From a bacterium (GTDB taxonomy: Archaea; Thermoplasmatota; E2; JACPAO01; JAHFTW01), in the NCBI GenBank assembly GCA_040390065.1, contig JAZJZE010000001.1:128001-192000 (forward strand): a DNA stretch of 64,000 bases, read 5' to 3'. Under the pieces are notes generated by a model. It had not been told where the DNA came from. It worked only from the letters and a program-made list of their open reading frames with translations, and made no database searches. A program made the translations under genes and the position numbers. Position 1 is the stretch's first letter. Every line of letters starts with the position of its first letter. Shown in pieces: positions 18,140 through 28,380 of this stretch.

Positions 18140-19635
18140 CCATTTCCTATACGCTGCGCGACGTCACGACAGGACTGGACATCAATACCGCCAACGTGGT
18201 CCTCCCGATTGCGTGCATCAACGACCCACCCTACGCGGGAACGGATACTTACGGCGTCATCATCAACGCGCCACTAGCCCTCCTGTCCCCACCAGTGACC
18301 ACCAACGATGGCGACATCGAAGGCGGAATCACCATCACCTCGATCCCCGTGCAACCCATGCTTGGCGCCATGGCCACCATCTCGGGTTCCAGCATCATGT
18401 ACCAACCAAAGGCCGGCTACCTCGGAGCGGACTCCTTTTCGTACACGATTACTGATGTTGGCGGGTTGCAAGCGACGGCGACCGTGAACATCGCAGTGAA
18501 ACTGAACAATCCGCCGACCGCCGCCTTCACGATGAACCCCACGGCCGCACACGTAGGCGAGCCCGTCACGTTCGTCGACACGAGCCATGACCCGGACGAG
18601 GGCGATTCGGCCGCCGCGTGGGCCTGGGACTTCGGCGACGGCTACACCGCTGCCACCGCGAATCCGCAACACATCTTCGGCGTCGCCGGCGGCGTCAAGG
18701 TATGCCTTGCCGTGCAGGACCACTACAACGCCCCGAGCGGCCCGATGTGCAGGAGCATGGCCATCCAGCAGCCATCCGGGACCCCGCCCGGGCCGCCCGC
18801 AACGCCGCCAACGAGTGCCGGGCCCGACGCAGAAGCGCCCAGCAACCTCTCGGCGCAGCAGGCCGTCCTTCATGTCGACGCCGGCACAGACCAACTCGCC
18901 AAGGAAGGGCAGGTCGTTGTCCTGCACGCGGCGGCCCCCCCAGAGGCCTCGCTTCACTGGACCCAAACCGCTGGCCCCCATGTGGAGCTTGTCGCCGACG
19001 CCACGCCGTCGCCCCACTTCCGGGTCCCATCCGTTCCCGGGCCGGTGGCAGTCCTGTACTTCGAAGTGCAGGCAACGATGCCAACCGCGACCGCACAGGA
19101 TGGTATCATGATAAGCGTGCAGGTCGACAACGCGCCCACGGCGAAGGTGGTCCCCGACGCAATCGTGTCGTCAACCAGAGGAGTCCTTGACGGCTCGCAA
19201 TCGAGCGGGGACCCGAGCCGCCCCCTTTCGTTCAAGTGGACACAATGGGAAGGCCCGGCCGCAACCATCGCAGACCCCACTGCGCCAACGACGGCCGTTG
19301 CCCTGCCCGACGCAGGCGCCACCTACCGCTTTGTCCTCGAGGTAAGCGACGGCAGGTCGTCCAGCATCGCTGTCGAAACCCTGACCACGACGGCGCAGGC
19401 CCAAGCTGAACCGGACAGGTTTGCCGCCGCACCACCCCTGGCGCCCGGGCGACTCACCCCAACACAGGAAGGTCTCGATGCCAACGACGTTCCCCCGCTG
19501 CTCATTCTGCTGTTTGGCATCTTCCTGGTGGGTGGCATCGCCGCGGCCATCTACACGTGGCGAAGATCCCGCCGCGAGCCGCCCACCCTGGCCCCACTAC
19601 AAGGGGCCCACCACGCCGACGACTTGCCACGATGA
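18100..19635 (+). pseudogene. N-terminally truncated surface protein: Ig-like (Big_9/tandem-95), PKD and PKD-like repeats, C-terminal TM
   Basis: YQPKAGYLGADSFSYTITD, WAWDFGDG and LDGSQS..FKWTQ motifs; C-terminal TM with basic tail; no signal peptide or convincing start. Confidence 0.7.
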
Positions 19636-19742
19636 AACATCCAAGTCAGCCCCCGGGGGAATGCGGTCCGTCTCCAACCGACCAAACCACCCACACCGGC
19701 CCGCCCCCGGGGGACACCTATCAGTCAGGGACGGTGCGACGG

Positions 19743-20405
19743 CTAGAGGATGTAGGGCGGAAAGAAAAGGCGAGCGCCATTCGTACCGTCATGCAGGACC
19801 GGACGGACTTCGAGGCGATACTTCTCGCCAAGCCAGATACCCGTGGGAACTACGACATTGCCCCGCAGGCGGACTCGATCACCGGCCCGGATTAGCATGT
19901 CGTTGCTGTCCTTGCCGGGGAAGTGTCGTTGGATGCTCTGGACTTCCCAAGGCGGCAGGTCACCTTCGCCCGCCATGGGGACCACCTTGACCCACAGGAC
20001 CGCGCTGTCCTTGTGGCCGGAATTCAGGATATCAAAGTCGACCTCCTTCACCTCACCGCCTTGCAGGCGCAGGAAAGGGTTTCCCCGAATTTCCGCAATC
20101 TCGAAGACAGCGCGATCCCGCTTGTCCTGCATCTCAAGCAAATTCTGTTGCTTGGCCATCAGCGTGGCCTGACGTTTTAGGAGCTCTTGTTGTCGCGATG
20201 TGACTTGGTACAAAAGGACGGCAACGATGAGGGCCCCAAACGTTCCCACCGCCTGCAGGCCAGCGGAGAAGTGTTCATCGCGGCCAACTAGGATTGCGGC
20301 GAAACCGAAAATCAAGGTTGCCCCGACAATGGGCAATACGACTCGAGTGAGTCGAAGCCACGGCTTCTCAACGGCGCGGCCCCAATCGTCGGCTTTGACG
20401 GGCAT
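19743..20405 (-). CDS. Hypothetical membrane protein (2 TM, coiled coil, soluble domain)
   Basis: Hydrophobic N-terminal helices followed by a Q/L-rich coiled segment. Confidence 0.6.
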   Translation of the reverse strand: MPVKADDWGRAVEKPWLRLTRVVLPIVGATLIFGFAAILVGRDEHFSAGLQAVGTFGALIVAVLLYQVTSRQQELLKRQATLMAKQQNLLEMQDKRDRAVFEIAEIRGNPFLRLQGGEVKEVDFDILNSGHKDSAVLWVKVVPMAGEGDLPPWEVQSIQRHFPGKDSNDMLIRAGDRVRLRGNVVVPTGIWLGEKYRLEVRPVLHDGTNGARLFFPPYIL

Positions 20406-20524
20406 CGAATGCCCCTATGCCCGGGTGTTCGCTTGGACGTATCGACGCGCCGCGTCGGGACCCCAATCCGAACTGCCGTCCATTCCGGGGCGGCGCCGCC
20501 TGCGCCAGATGCAAGAAACCTCTG

Positions 20525-20600
20525 CGCGGCGCGCAAGGGCTGCGCTCCTAGGCCGGCTTTCGCCGGCTCGTCGTCGCGCCGCCGTGCGGCGGCTCGACGC
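20525..20600. repeat. GC-rich multi-hairpin repeat, copy A
   Basis: Near-identical to 24005-24079; differences include the loop of the GCCGGC hairpin. Confidence 0.85.
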
Positions 20601-20736
20601 TGCGTGTCCCCGCGGCAAGGCTTTGGCGACTCAGGCCGGGCGGGCAGGACGTTCGGAAACCTTGCTCCGCAGGTGTTTCAGGTCTGGCCGTTCAGGATGC
20701 GATGCTGGGAGGAGGAGTCCCCAGTTTCATCGCAGA

Positions 20737-23700
20737 CTAGCACGAGAACTGGTTGTAGGCTCCAAGTTCAGTGTCGGAATACGCCACGAGGCCGGGACCG
20801 GCGATTTGACTGCGCGCCATCATCGTCTTGGCGCTGGGCAAGAAGGACGTGACCCACCCGCCGCCTCCCGGGATTCCTGGAGTGGCCGGAATGTACGTCT
20901 GGATGCGATTGGCCGGAAGCCCGGCGTGGACGCCGCCAATGACGTAGAGATTTCCCACGGACGGGCCGCTGGTGCAGATTCCGGCCACGGCGCCACTTAC
21001 GCCGTACGGCAGCGGCGGCACCAGGGTCGGGGACAGCCACGTCCCGCCGCAGTAGTCGTACACGTCGACGCGAGTCAAGTCGGGCGTGCCCAGGCCCGTG
21101 TTCCCGCCCACGAGGTAGATGTATTCCGGAACGCCGCCTGGCAGGCACGCGTTGTCCACCCACCAGGCTTGGCCGGCAGCAGCCAAGTCTTCTCTGGGCG
21201 TCGGCATGGCACCCGTCGTGGACCACGTCTTGCCGACGACGTTGTACGTCTCGAACGTCGATAGGGGGGTGCCGCAGTACATGCCCGCGCATTGCGCGCC
21301 GCCGAAGACGAGGACCTTTGAATTCACGTACACAGCGCTAAGGCCGGCGCGCGGCGTCGGCATCGGGTTGGGCTCCAGGCTCCACGTGCTCGTGAGGGGA
21401 TCGGGGAGGATCTTGCCGTGCAGCTGGTAGCGTTCGACCTTGTCGCACGTCCCGCCGGGCCCCGTGCAGAGGCTGCTTGGGCCGACGCCGCCAAAGACCC
21501 AATAGTCTTCCTCCCCGAGAAGAGGCTGGGGTTCGCCGGCAGCTCCGGCGGCTTGCGCGCGAGGCACGATGGCCGGCGCGATCGGGAACCACGACCCGGG
21601 TACGCCGGGATAGTCGTAGGACCGCGTTGCGGCCAATGTGCCGTACGGCAGGCAAAGAGGTCCGCCTCCGTGGCTGACGATGAGTCCGCTGGACTTGGTT
21701 GCGGCTCCGGCGGCCGTCTCGGGACAATCGGGTGGCAACGCGCAGCGTTGGCCTGGTGGCATCCCCGGGGGCAAATGGTCCGGGTCGCAGAGCAGAATGA
21801 GGCTCTGGATGGGCGTCTCGATTACCAACGACGTGGCGGCGATGCCTGGAATCTCGGCGACGACCGCGATGGAGAAGTAGTCCCGATTGACGGAGCCAGG
21901 CGGGTACACGAGGACCGGCGGCGGCGTCCACGTGACGATTCCCGTGGTCGCATCAATGGACAGGGGGCCCCAGGGCTGCGCAAAGGTGGCCCCAGCCTCT
22001 GGCGTCGTGGCGAAGCGGTAGATGGGTCCAGGCAGGGCTCCCAACGGGGGCGGATTCGTAGCCGAGAAGGGGATCTTGCAAGGGCGCGCGATGGCGCATA
22101 CGTAGACGGGTGTGAAGGCGGGGATGGGACTGCCAATCAAGGCGCCCGCCGTCACGGTCGTCGTGAACCGGGACGGCTGCAGCGGGTTGTTGTCGTGGTG
22201 GTCGATGACACCTGGCGGCAGACTGGGGGACGGATTGTCCAGCCATGGCGGCCCCTGGGCGACGGCGGTCCAGCCGATTGGCGGCGATGGTGCAGCTACG
22301 GAAACGTAGGCGTGCGTGACGGGTGCCCCGGCGGGGTCGGTCCAGTCGGCGAGGAAGTAATTCAGCGACGCAACGACGGACGTCACCCGTCCGGACAGCG
22401 TCGTTGGTGGCGTGCCGTCACCGAAGTCCAGGATTCCCCATGGAACAATGGCCCCCGGTACGACGGTTGCTCCACCGTACTTGAGGAGATTTCCTGCCCA
22501 TTGCCCTTTGAAGACGACGGATCCCGGCGTCGTCGGGGCCCAGTACAGGGTGCCGCCGCGCACTTCGTACGTGGCGCCGCCGCGGAACGCCGGTGCAAGA
22601 TAGGATGCCGCGTTGCCGTAGGCCCCGTATTGCACGCTGATGCCCGCCGCCGGGCCCGCAACCGTGTGCAGGCCGATGGCCATGGAGGAAGCGCGGGCAC
22701 ACGAGTACCCGCTGCTTCCAACGGAGGAGAATCCTGTCAGCGCCGCGCCATCGACCAGGACCGATGACCCCGTTGGGGCCGCCACCATCGCGAAACGGGC
22801 CGAGAGGGGGCCTGGGAAGTGGTACAGGCTGTAGACGGGGTAGAAGGCGGTGACGGGATCGAGTTGCGTCATGGCCGGGTCGCCTTGGCCGCTTGGGCTG
22901 CCGGTCTCCATTTCTCCCTTCAGGTACTCCACGACGCTCACGGCGTGCGTGGCCACAATGGCGGCGTCGCTCGTAACGGTCACGTCGACGTAACTGTACG
23001 CCGACGGCAGCGCGTACGGCGTGCCGGAGACAGTGACGCTGGTTGCGCCAGGCACGAGTGCCATGATGCGGACCAGGTCGCCCTCACTGCCCCGCAGGGG
23101 ACTACGGCAAAGGATGTAGGTGCTTCCCCAAGACGAGCGGGGCCACACCTGCTCCTCGATGTGATCGCAGGCCAGCAGCAGGATGATGTTGCTACACCGC
23201 GTTCCCTCCAGGACCCCGATGGGCTGATCGGCGGTGACAAGTGATCCAGTCAGGTCATTCGGGGCCTCGATTTGTGCCGCCGTGCACGGCGGCAGGGCGA
23301 AAGAATACGGCATGCCAGCCGCCATGGCAGGCAAGCCTCCGCCCGCGGTCGTCGTGACCGTCGGCGTGACCGTGACAGTAGTCGGAACCGAGGCGATGAC
23401 CACGATTTCGGCCGGCTCGGAAGGGGATAGTGGCGTGTACGTCGTGATGACGTAATCCGTCCCCCAATCCGTCTCCGGCAGCAGTTGGGACACGTCGTTG
23501 CTGGCCATCGCTGGATCGTGATCGTTGAGCTGGGAAACGCCAATCGGCGCCGTGGAGGAAATCATGTACAATCCGTTGGACGTCATCGCGGTGCCCGCGA
23601 CGTTGGCGTAGCTGAACCCGGGATTGCTCGACGAGCCTGCGACGGGATAGAAGGAACTCGTGCCGGAAGCGCAGGATGTCGCCTTGACGGTCGCCGCCGT

Positions 23701-23913
23701 CGGAAACGGGTCTGCAAACGCGACTTGCGTGCACCCCGCCGCGCAGCCGGGCATGCCGGCGTGATTGTCCATGCCAAAAGACCAGAAGACCAGTCCGGAC
23801 GACACTGCCGAGTCGGCAGTTGGTGCCACCGTCATGACGGAGGCCCCGACGGCCGTGACGAGCAACAGGACGGCGGGGAACACCTGGACGTTTCGAGGAT
23901 GCTTGCGGGTCAC
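20737..23913 (-). CDS. Secreted protein with IgGFc-binding N-terminal domain, PKD-like segment and C-terminal Kelch repeats
   Basis: Signal peptide; LLPETDWGTDY, DLTGSLVTADQPIGV, CDHIEEQVWP and GDPAM motifs; Kelch units such as MPTPR...KVLVFGG...FETYN...W. Confidence 0.85.
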   Translation of the reverse strand: MTRKHPRNVQVFPAVLLLVTAVGASVMTVAPTADSAVSSGLVFWSFGMDNHAGMPGCAAGCTQVAFADPFPTAATVKATSCASGTSSFYPVAGSSSNPGFSYANVAGTAMTSNGLYMISSTAPIGVSQLNDHDPAMASNDVSQLLPETDWGTDYVITTYTPLSPSEPAEIVVIASVPTTVTVTPTVTTTAGGGLPAMAAGMPYSFALPPCTAAQIEAPNDLTGSLVTADQPIGVLEGTRCSNIILLLACDHIEEQVWPRSSWGSTYILCRSPLRGSEGDLVRIMALVPGATSVTVSGTPYALPSAYSYVDVTVTSDAAIVATHAVSVVEYLKGEMETGSPSGQGDPAMTQLDPVTAFYPVYSLYHFPGPLSARFAMVAAPTGSSVLVDGAALTGFSSVGSSGYSCARASSMAIGLHTVAGPAAGISVQYGAYGNAASYLAPAFRGGATYEVRGGTLYWAPTTPGSVVFKGQWAGNLLKYGGATVVPGAIVPWGILDFGDGTPPTTLSGRVTSVVASLNYFLADWTDPAGAPVTHAYVSVAAPSPPIGWTAVAQGPPWLDNPSPSLPPGVIDHHDNNPLQPSRFTTTVTAGALIGSPIPAFTPVYVCAIARPCKIPFSATNPPPLGALPGPIYRFATTPEAGATFAQPWGPLSIDATTGIVTWTPPPVLVYPPGSVNRDYFSIAVVAEIPGIAATSLVIETPIQSLILLCDPDHLPPGMPPGQRCALPPDCPETAAGAATKSSGLIVSHGGGPLCLPYGTLAATRSYDYPGVPGSWFPIAPAIVPRAQAAGAAGEPQPLLGEEDYWVFGGVGPSSLCTGPGGTCDKVERYQLHGKILPDPLTSTWSLEPNPMPTPRAGLSAVYVNSKVLVFGGAQCAGMYCGTPLSTFETYNVVGKTWSTTGAMPTPREDLAAAGQAWWVDNACLPGGVPEYIYLVGGNTGLGTPDLTRVDVYDYCGGTWLSPTLVPPLPYGVSGAVAGICTSGPSVGNLYVIGGVHAGLPANRIQTYIPATPGIPGGGGWVTSFLPSAKTMMARSQIAGPGLVAYSDTELGAYNQFSC

Positions 23914-24004
23914 GAGGGCTCACCAGGAAAGCCGAAGCGACGTCGCCCTCGGCAGACCTCATTCGTGCCCGCCTTGATGTACCTTGGGAGCCCAGCCGTA
24001 GCCC

Positions 24005-24107
24005 CGCGGCGCGCAAGGGCTTCGCTCCTAGGCCGGCCGCGCCGGCTCGTCGTCGCTCCACCGTGCGGCGGCTCGACGCCACGTCTCGCCGCCGCAAGCG
24101 CGCCGCG
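24005..24107. repeat. GC-rich multi-hairpin repeat, copy B (complete, 10-bp terminal IR)
   Basis: CGCGGCGCGC (24005-24014) / GCGCGCCGCG (24098-24107) enclose two hairpins. Confidence 0.85.
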
Positions 24108-24475
24108 CCCAAGGGGACCGCCGCCGCCGACACCAACCACTGTCCGACGCTACGGGAATTGTACTAGAGGTCGAAGGAGCCATGACGCGAATCGAGGTCA
24201 TCGACGCCGTGCCATTGTGCGCGCAGGCATGAAGAACGTCCCCATTTTTCGCCATCGTCGGATGGATCTCCCGCGCGATGGGCCGACAGGAACCCACTCG
24301 CAGCGGCGCGACCCAGAAGACGCTGCGGAGCGCCAGTCATGTCGTCGCAATCCACCACGGGCTATCGCAAGTGGCATGCCTTGCATTGCGTGGTCCGCGA
24401 GGCCCGTGCTGATTTCTCGCAATTCACGGCTAGGTCTATCGCGGCCTGGGCCATTTGAGGGCTGGACGGCGCCGC

Positions 24476-25447
24476 ATGATTCACAAACCACTGCATTTCC
24501 TTGGATTGGTCGCCCTGGCCGCGGGCCTTCTCGTTCCTGCCGGGGCGGACGGGCTCAGCCGGGACGTCAGCCGGACCATATATGAGACCGGAGCGCACGC
24601 CCAGACGACGGGCATCGGATGGTTCCAGAACGTGCCCCACCTGGTCTGCGTTATCGAGGTTTTCGGCGTACCGGGCGAGGCCGGCGCCGCGTACTACTCC
24701 AACTTGCGCATCTACCCGAACGTGGGGGCGACCCAGGCCATCCCGCCGACCGTGCCGCCCGTGCCGTTGGCCTGCCCGGCGGCCATCAATCCCGCCTGTA
24801 ACAACCCGGGCCCGGTGGACCCGTGCGCCATCCAGGTTGGCGGGATTAGGGCGGACGAGGGCTTGTTCATCGCCCAACGGGCCTGGCACTGCCATCTGGA
24901 CGCGGTCGACAACTGCTACGCAGTGCTCGGTACCGCCAAATGGCTTTTGTCCACGTGCCCGTGGAACAATGCAGCCTGGGCCTTTGCGGTCCAGAACAAG
25001 GGCACCTTCCGCGGAACTCCCCAGGACGGAGTGCTCATGAGTGCGAGCATGACGTGCGGCGCCCCGGCCGCCGCCGAGGCGGACTACGACGTCACGGCGT
25101 TCATCGACACGTACGGCGACGGCTTCTCTGGATCGTACAACAACCACGTCCCGCTTGGGGCCATCGTGGCGCCGGGCATCGGGGACTACTACGTGTACTC
25201 GTGCTACCAAGTGGACAAGTTCATCGTCACGGGCGCGCCTCTGCCGGTCTCGCACACGGACGCGGCCGCTATGACGAAGTCGCACGACTGGGCCCTCATC
25301 CTGGACCCCGCCGCACCGCCCCTTGTCCACACATTGTCAATCGTCACCCACGTCGGCGTCACGCTCAACCTGCAAGGCGTCTACGATCTCAGCGGCCAGA
25401 ACGGCTGCCAGGCCCAGGCCAACGCGCCGATTGTCCTCACGCCGTGA
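24476..25447 (+). CDS. Secreted Cys-containing hypothetical protein
   Basis: Signal peptide MIHKPLHFLGLVALAAGLLVPAGA; strong GC3 bias. Confidence 0.7.
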   Translation: MIHKPLHFLGLVALAAGLLVPAGADGLSRDVSRTIYETGAHAQTTGIGWFQNVPHLVCVIEVFGVPGEAGAAYYSNLRIYPNVGATQAIPPTVPPVPLACPAAINPACNNPGPVDPCAIQVGGIRADEGLFIAQRAWHCHLDAVDNCYAVLGTAKWLLSTCPWNNAAWAFAVQNKGTFRGTPQDGVLMSASMTCGAPAAAEADYDVTAFIDTYGDGFSGSYNNHVPLGAIVAPGIGDYYVYSCYQVDKFIVTGAPLPVSHTDAAAMTKSHDWALILDPAAPPLVHTLSIVTHVGVTLNLQGVYDLSGQNGCQAQANAPIVLTP

Positions 25448-25592
25448 TAAAAACGCGGGGCAGTACGCTCCTTGCGAAAAGGCAACCCATCACGCAATCC
25501 TACCCAGGATTGTGTCATGCCTAGCAGTGCGACTTCAAGAGCACGTACAGAATCCATGGTTCGTGAACCCCAACCGGCGTCGGGTCCTTGCA

Positions 25593-26417
25593 ATGGAATT
25601 GCTTCCGTTTGCCCTTGGTGCGTCCGCGTACCTGGCTGGATTCCTGGCGTGGGCAGCGTTCTCCAACTTCTATGGCCTCGGCTTCTTGGCCCTCACGGCC
25701 CAGCAGTACCTGGCGGCAGGGATTGTAATCCTCGCCTTGATTTTTGGATGGACGTTCCTCGTTGACCAATGGGACCTTCGAATTGAGGAAACGGTTTCAC
25801 ATGCTTGGAGCCGGTGGGCGACGCGCGCCTCTTTTCATTGTGTGGCACCCTTTGTAGTTCTAGTTCTCGTCCTGTCTGCAGTGCAAGCCCTTCGCGGCGT
25901 TACCTTGGTCCGAGTTGACATCATTTCGTTCAGCGTGGCAATCGCCTTGGTGGCACTCGCAATGGACGCGATGCTGGCGGGAATTGAACGCCGGGCCAGC
26001 AAGGCCCCCTCGACACGTGCACCCCAGCACGAAGAAGATCAACGGCGATTCCTCGCAGAGGCGCGAGCAGCACGACGGCGCGGAAGGACTATGCTACGTA
26101 CACCGGTTGTTGCTGTCGCATTTGTCGTACTATTTGGCGCCCTTGCCTTGCCGCATGTGGAGCCAGGGTTTGGCGGCGCCCGGCCGCGTCAGGCGATTCT
26201 AGAGTTGGATGGCGCGAGCTTGAGCGATTCGTTGAAGCACTTACTCTTGGCGAACGACACCCTCACAGCCGGTGGCACCGTCCGGACCGTGCCGGTCAAC
26301 ATCTTGTTCATTGACGGGGACGAGGTTCTGTTTCGACTGGTAGGACAAGACCTTCAGAAGGGAGCTTTGTACTCCATCAACTGGGCAACCGTCCATTCAA
26401 TCACATGGCTATCATGA
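25593..26417 (+). CDS. Hypothetical multi-pass membrane protein
   Basis: About five hydrophobic helices and a C-terminal soluble domain. Confidence 0.6.
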   Translation: MELLPFALGASAYLAGFLAWAAFSNFYGLGFLALTAQQYLAAGIVILALIFGWTFLVDQWDLRIEETVSHAWSRWATRASFHCVAPFVVLVLVLSAVQALRGVTLVRVDIISFSVAIALVALAMDAMLAGIERRASKAPSTRAPQHEEDQRRFLAEARAARRRGRTMLRTPVVAVAFVVLFGALALPHVEPGFGGARPRQAILELDGASLSDSLKHLLLANDTLTAGGTVRTVPVNILFIDGDEVLFRLVGQDLQKGALYSINWATVHSITWLS

Positions 26418-26673
26418 TGGATCAGCCCACGCCCCAATTCGGAACGGATATTTCGATGGGCGCACCAGCCGGGGAGGCCAGCTATCGTTGGCATGGCGGA
26501 GCCCGCCATTTCAAGGGGGAGGCTCGACCATTTGTTTGCCCAAGGGGCTGCCGGCGACGGCCCCAGAACTAGTTCCGGAGGCCCGTGCTTGGCTTACTGT
26601 CCCCGTTGCGACCGTCATGCATGCTTTTGCTCGCCTCGCTGAAACCGCAATCGCTGCCGTTAGCGAACGTAAT

Positions 26674-28380
26674 CTAGGCGTCAAGGGCCAGCTTGGCGAT
26701 GTAATTCTTGTCCACCTTCACCACGTCGCGCCGCTCCGGCTTGATCCAATAGAGAAATGGCGAGGGCTTCCGCCATGCAATTCCCAGGCGTCCGTTGGTG
26801 ACAAGGTAGCACTTCTTGCGGGCGCGTGTGAGGGCAACAATGTATTGGCAGACCTCAATCTCGGCCGGCGCGGCTTTTGGAAGGTCGCCCGCATTCATGC
26901 CCACTATGAACACCCACCCGGCGGAGAGACCCTTGGCGCTGAAGGCCGTTGTCAAGCCGATTTCTGGCACCACCCTCTCGCCGTCGTCCTGCGGACCACC
27001 AATCCAGGCTTCAATCTCCGTCCAAGGGTACCCGGTCGCCGCTGCCAACGCCATCCTTTCCTGCTCGGAAAGCTCCTTTTTCAGTGCAGCGGCAAGCAGC
27101 GCGGCAGCTTCGACGTGCTTGGCCACAAATTCGGCCGGAAGAAGTGCGCATAGTGGGCCGCGACTGGCGAGCGCCTTCGGCAGAATCGTCGCGAGGAGCG
27201 TCCCGTCCACCGCTCCAACAACGAGTCGCCAACCCAGGTTCGAGCCCGGGTTTCGCGACAGCATCCGATAACCATCCAGACGCCTTCTGGTGACGGGCGG
27301 TTCCGCCTTTAGGAAGGCGACGCCGTTTCGCTTGGTAGCCAAGAAGTCATGGACCATGGTGAGGTAATGCTTCGGTCCGATGATCATGGCGGCCGGGTAT
27401 TTTCCTTTCGCCGCATCCCACTCGGACTTTGGCATCTTTCGGAGTTCGCCTTCGACGAACATGCCCACATAATTGCGGCCGGCCTTGCCCGCAATGGTGC
27501 ATTCGGCCTGGACGATCTTCGGGTACTGCTTGCTATCAGCGCCTTTGTCCGGCGTGTATGTCAGGTACTGTTTGTCAACCCTGTCACGGAACAGGCCGGC
27601 TTTCTTGGCGGCTGCGACGACATCGTGGACTGCGTCGACAATAACGGAAGTACATCGCCCGCAATAGGGCAGCTCGAAACGCTCAAACTCCGGGTTCTTC
27701 GCGGCCTCCCGCAGGTGTTTCGGATGCGCGTGCCGGAAGGCGTAAAGTGCTTGGTCGTCATCCCCCGCAATAAGCACGGGACTTCTGGCAGATAGCATCT
27801 GGAGAAACCGCACTTCCAGGGCGTTGAAGTCCTGGTACTCGTCGACCACGATTTGATCGTACACGGGCACAGTTCGCTTCCCGGTCTTGAATTGGTCAAG
27901 GACTCGGTAGACCGCATCGTTGTGGCCAACCGCGTCGTAGTAGTTGCCGGCATCGAGAAAAAACGGAATGCGCTCGTCTTCGACGAGTAGGCAAAAAGCA
28001 TCCTCGAACTTGTCCCTGGGGCCGCCGACCACGACGGAGTCTTCCGCAATCACCAAGTCGAGCGCGGGGTAGTATTCGAAGTCCTTCGTCAGACCGTCCC
28101 CCGGCAAGATGTGAAGCTGCTGCTTCGCATATGCGTGGAACGTGGCCACATCTGCATAGCCGTCGAGTTCCGCCTTCAGTTCGGTGGCGAGACTGTTGAT
28201 GAAAGTCAGCGCTAGGCACTTTCCCTGCTTGCCTGCCAAGGCTTCCCTGAAGGTGAATGTCTTCCCTGTTCCTGCGCCGGCCACCACGATACGTTTCTTC
28301 GACGTTGAAGCCACAATCTTGGCGACGCAGGCCTTTCGCAACGTTGCTTCATCCGCTGGTCCAGCGCCCGCCAAGGCCAC
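26674..28380 (-). CDS. Compact UvrD/SF1 helicase
   Basis: Motifs AGAGTGKT, LTF, VVDEYQD, GDDDQ, SAKGL and ALTRARKK. Confidence 0.9.
   Translation of the reverse strand: MALAGAGPADEATLRKACVAKIVASTSKKRIVVAGAGTGKTFTFREALAGKQGKCLALTFINSLATELKAELDGYADVATFHAYAKQQLHILPGDGLTKDFEYYPALDLVIAEDSVVVGGPRDKFEDAFCLLVEDERIPFFLDAGNYYDAVGHNDAVYRVLDQFKTGKRTVPVYDQIVVDEYQDFNALEVRFLQMLSARSPVLIAGDDDQALYAFRHAHPKHLREAAKNPEFERFELPYCGRCTSVIVDAVHDVVAAAKKAGLFRDRVDKQYLTYTPDKGADSKQYPKIVQAECTIAGKAGRNYVGMFVEGELRKMPKSEWDAAKGKYPAAMIIGPKHYLTMVHDFLATKRNGVAFLKAEPPVTRRRLDGYRMLSRNPGSNLGWRLVVGAVDGTLLATILPKALASRGPLCALLPAEFVAKHVEAAALLAAALKKELSEQERMALAAATGYPWTEIEAWIGGPQDDGERVVPEIGLTTAFSAKGLSAGWVFIVGMNAGDLPKAAPAEIEVCQYIVALTRARKKCYLVTNGRLGIAWRKPSPFLYWIKPERRDVVKVDKNYIAKLALDA

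Noticed and set aside
20525-24107. Integron attC cassette interpretation
   Set aside because: The repeats lack RYYYAAC/GTTRRRY ends, and the truncated integrase cannot be assigned to IntI.
26674-28380. Calling the helicase a Gabija system
   Set aside because: No adjacent OLD/TOPRIM ATPase-nuclease (GajA) is visible.
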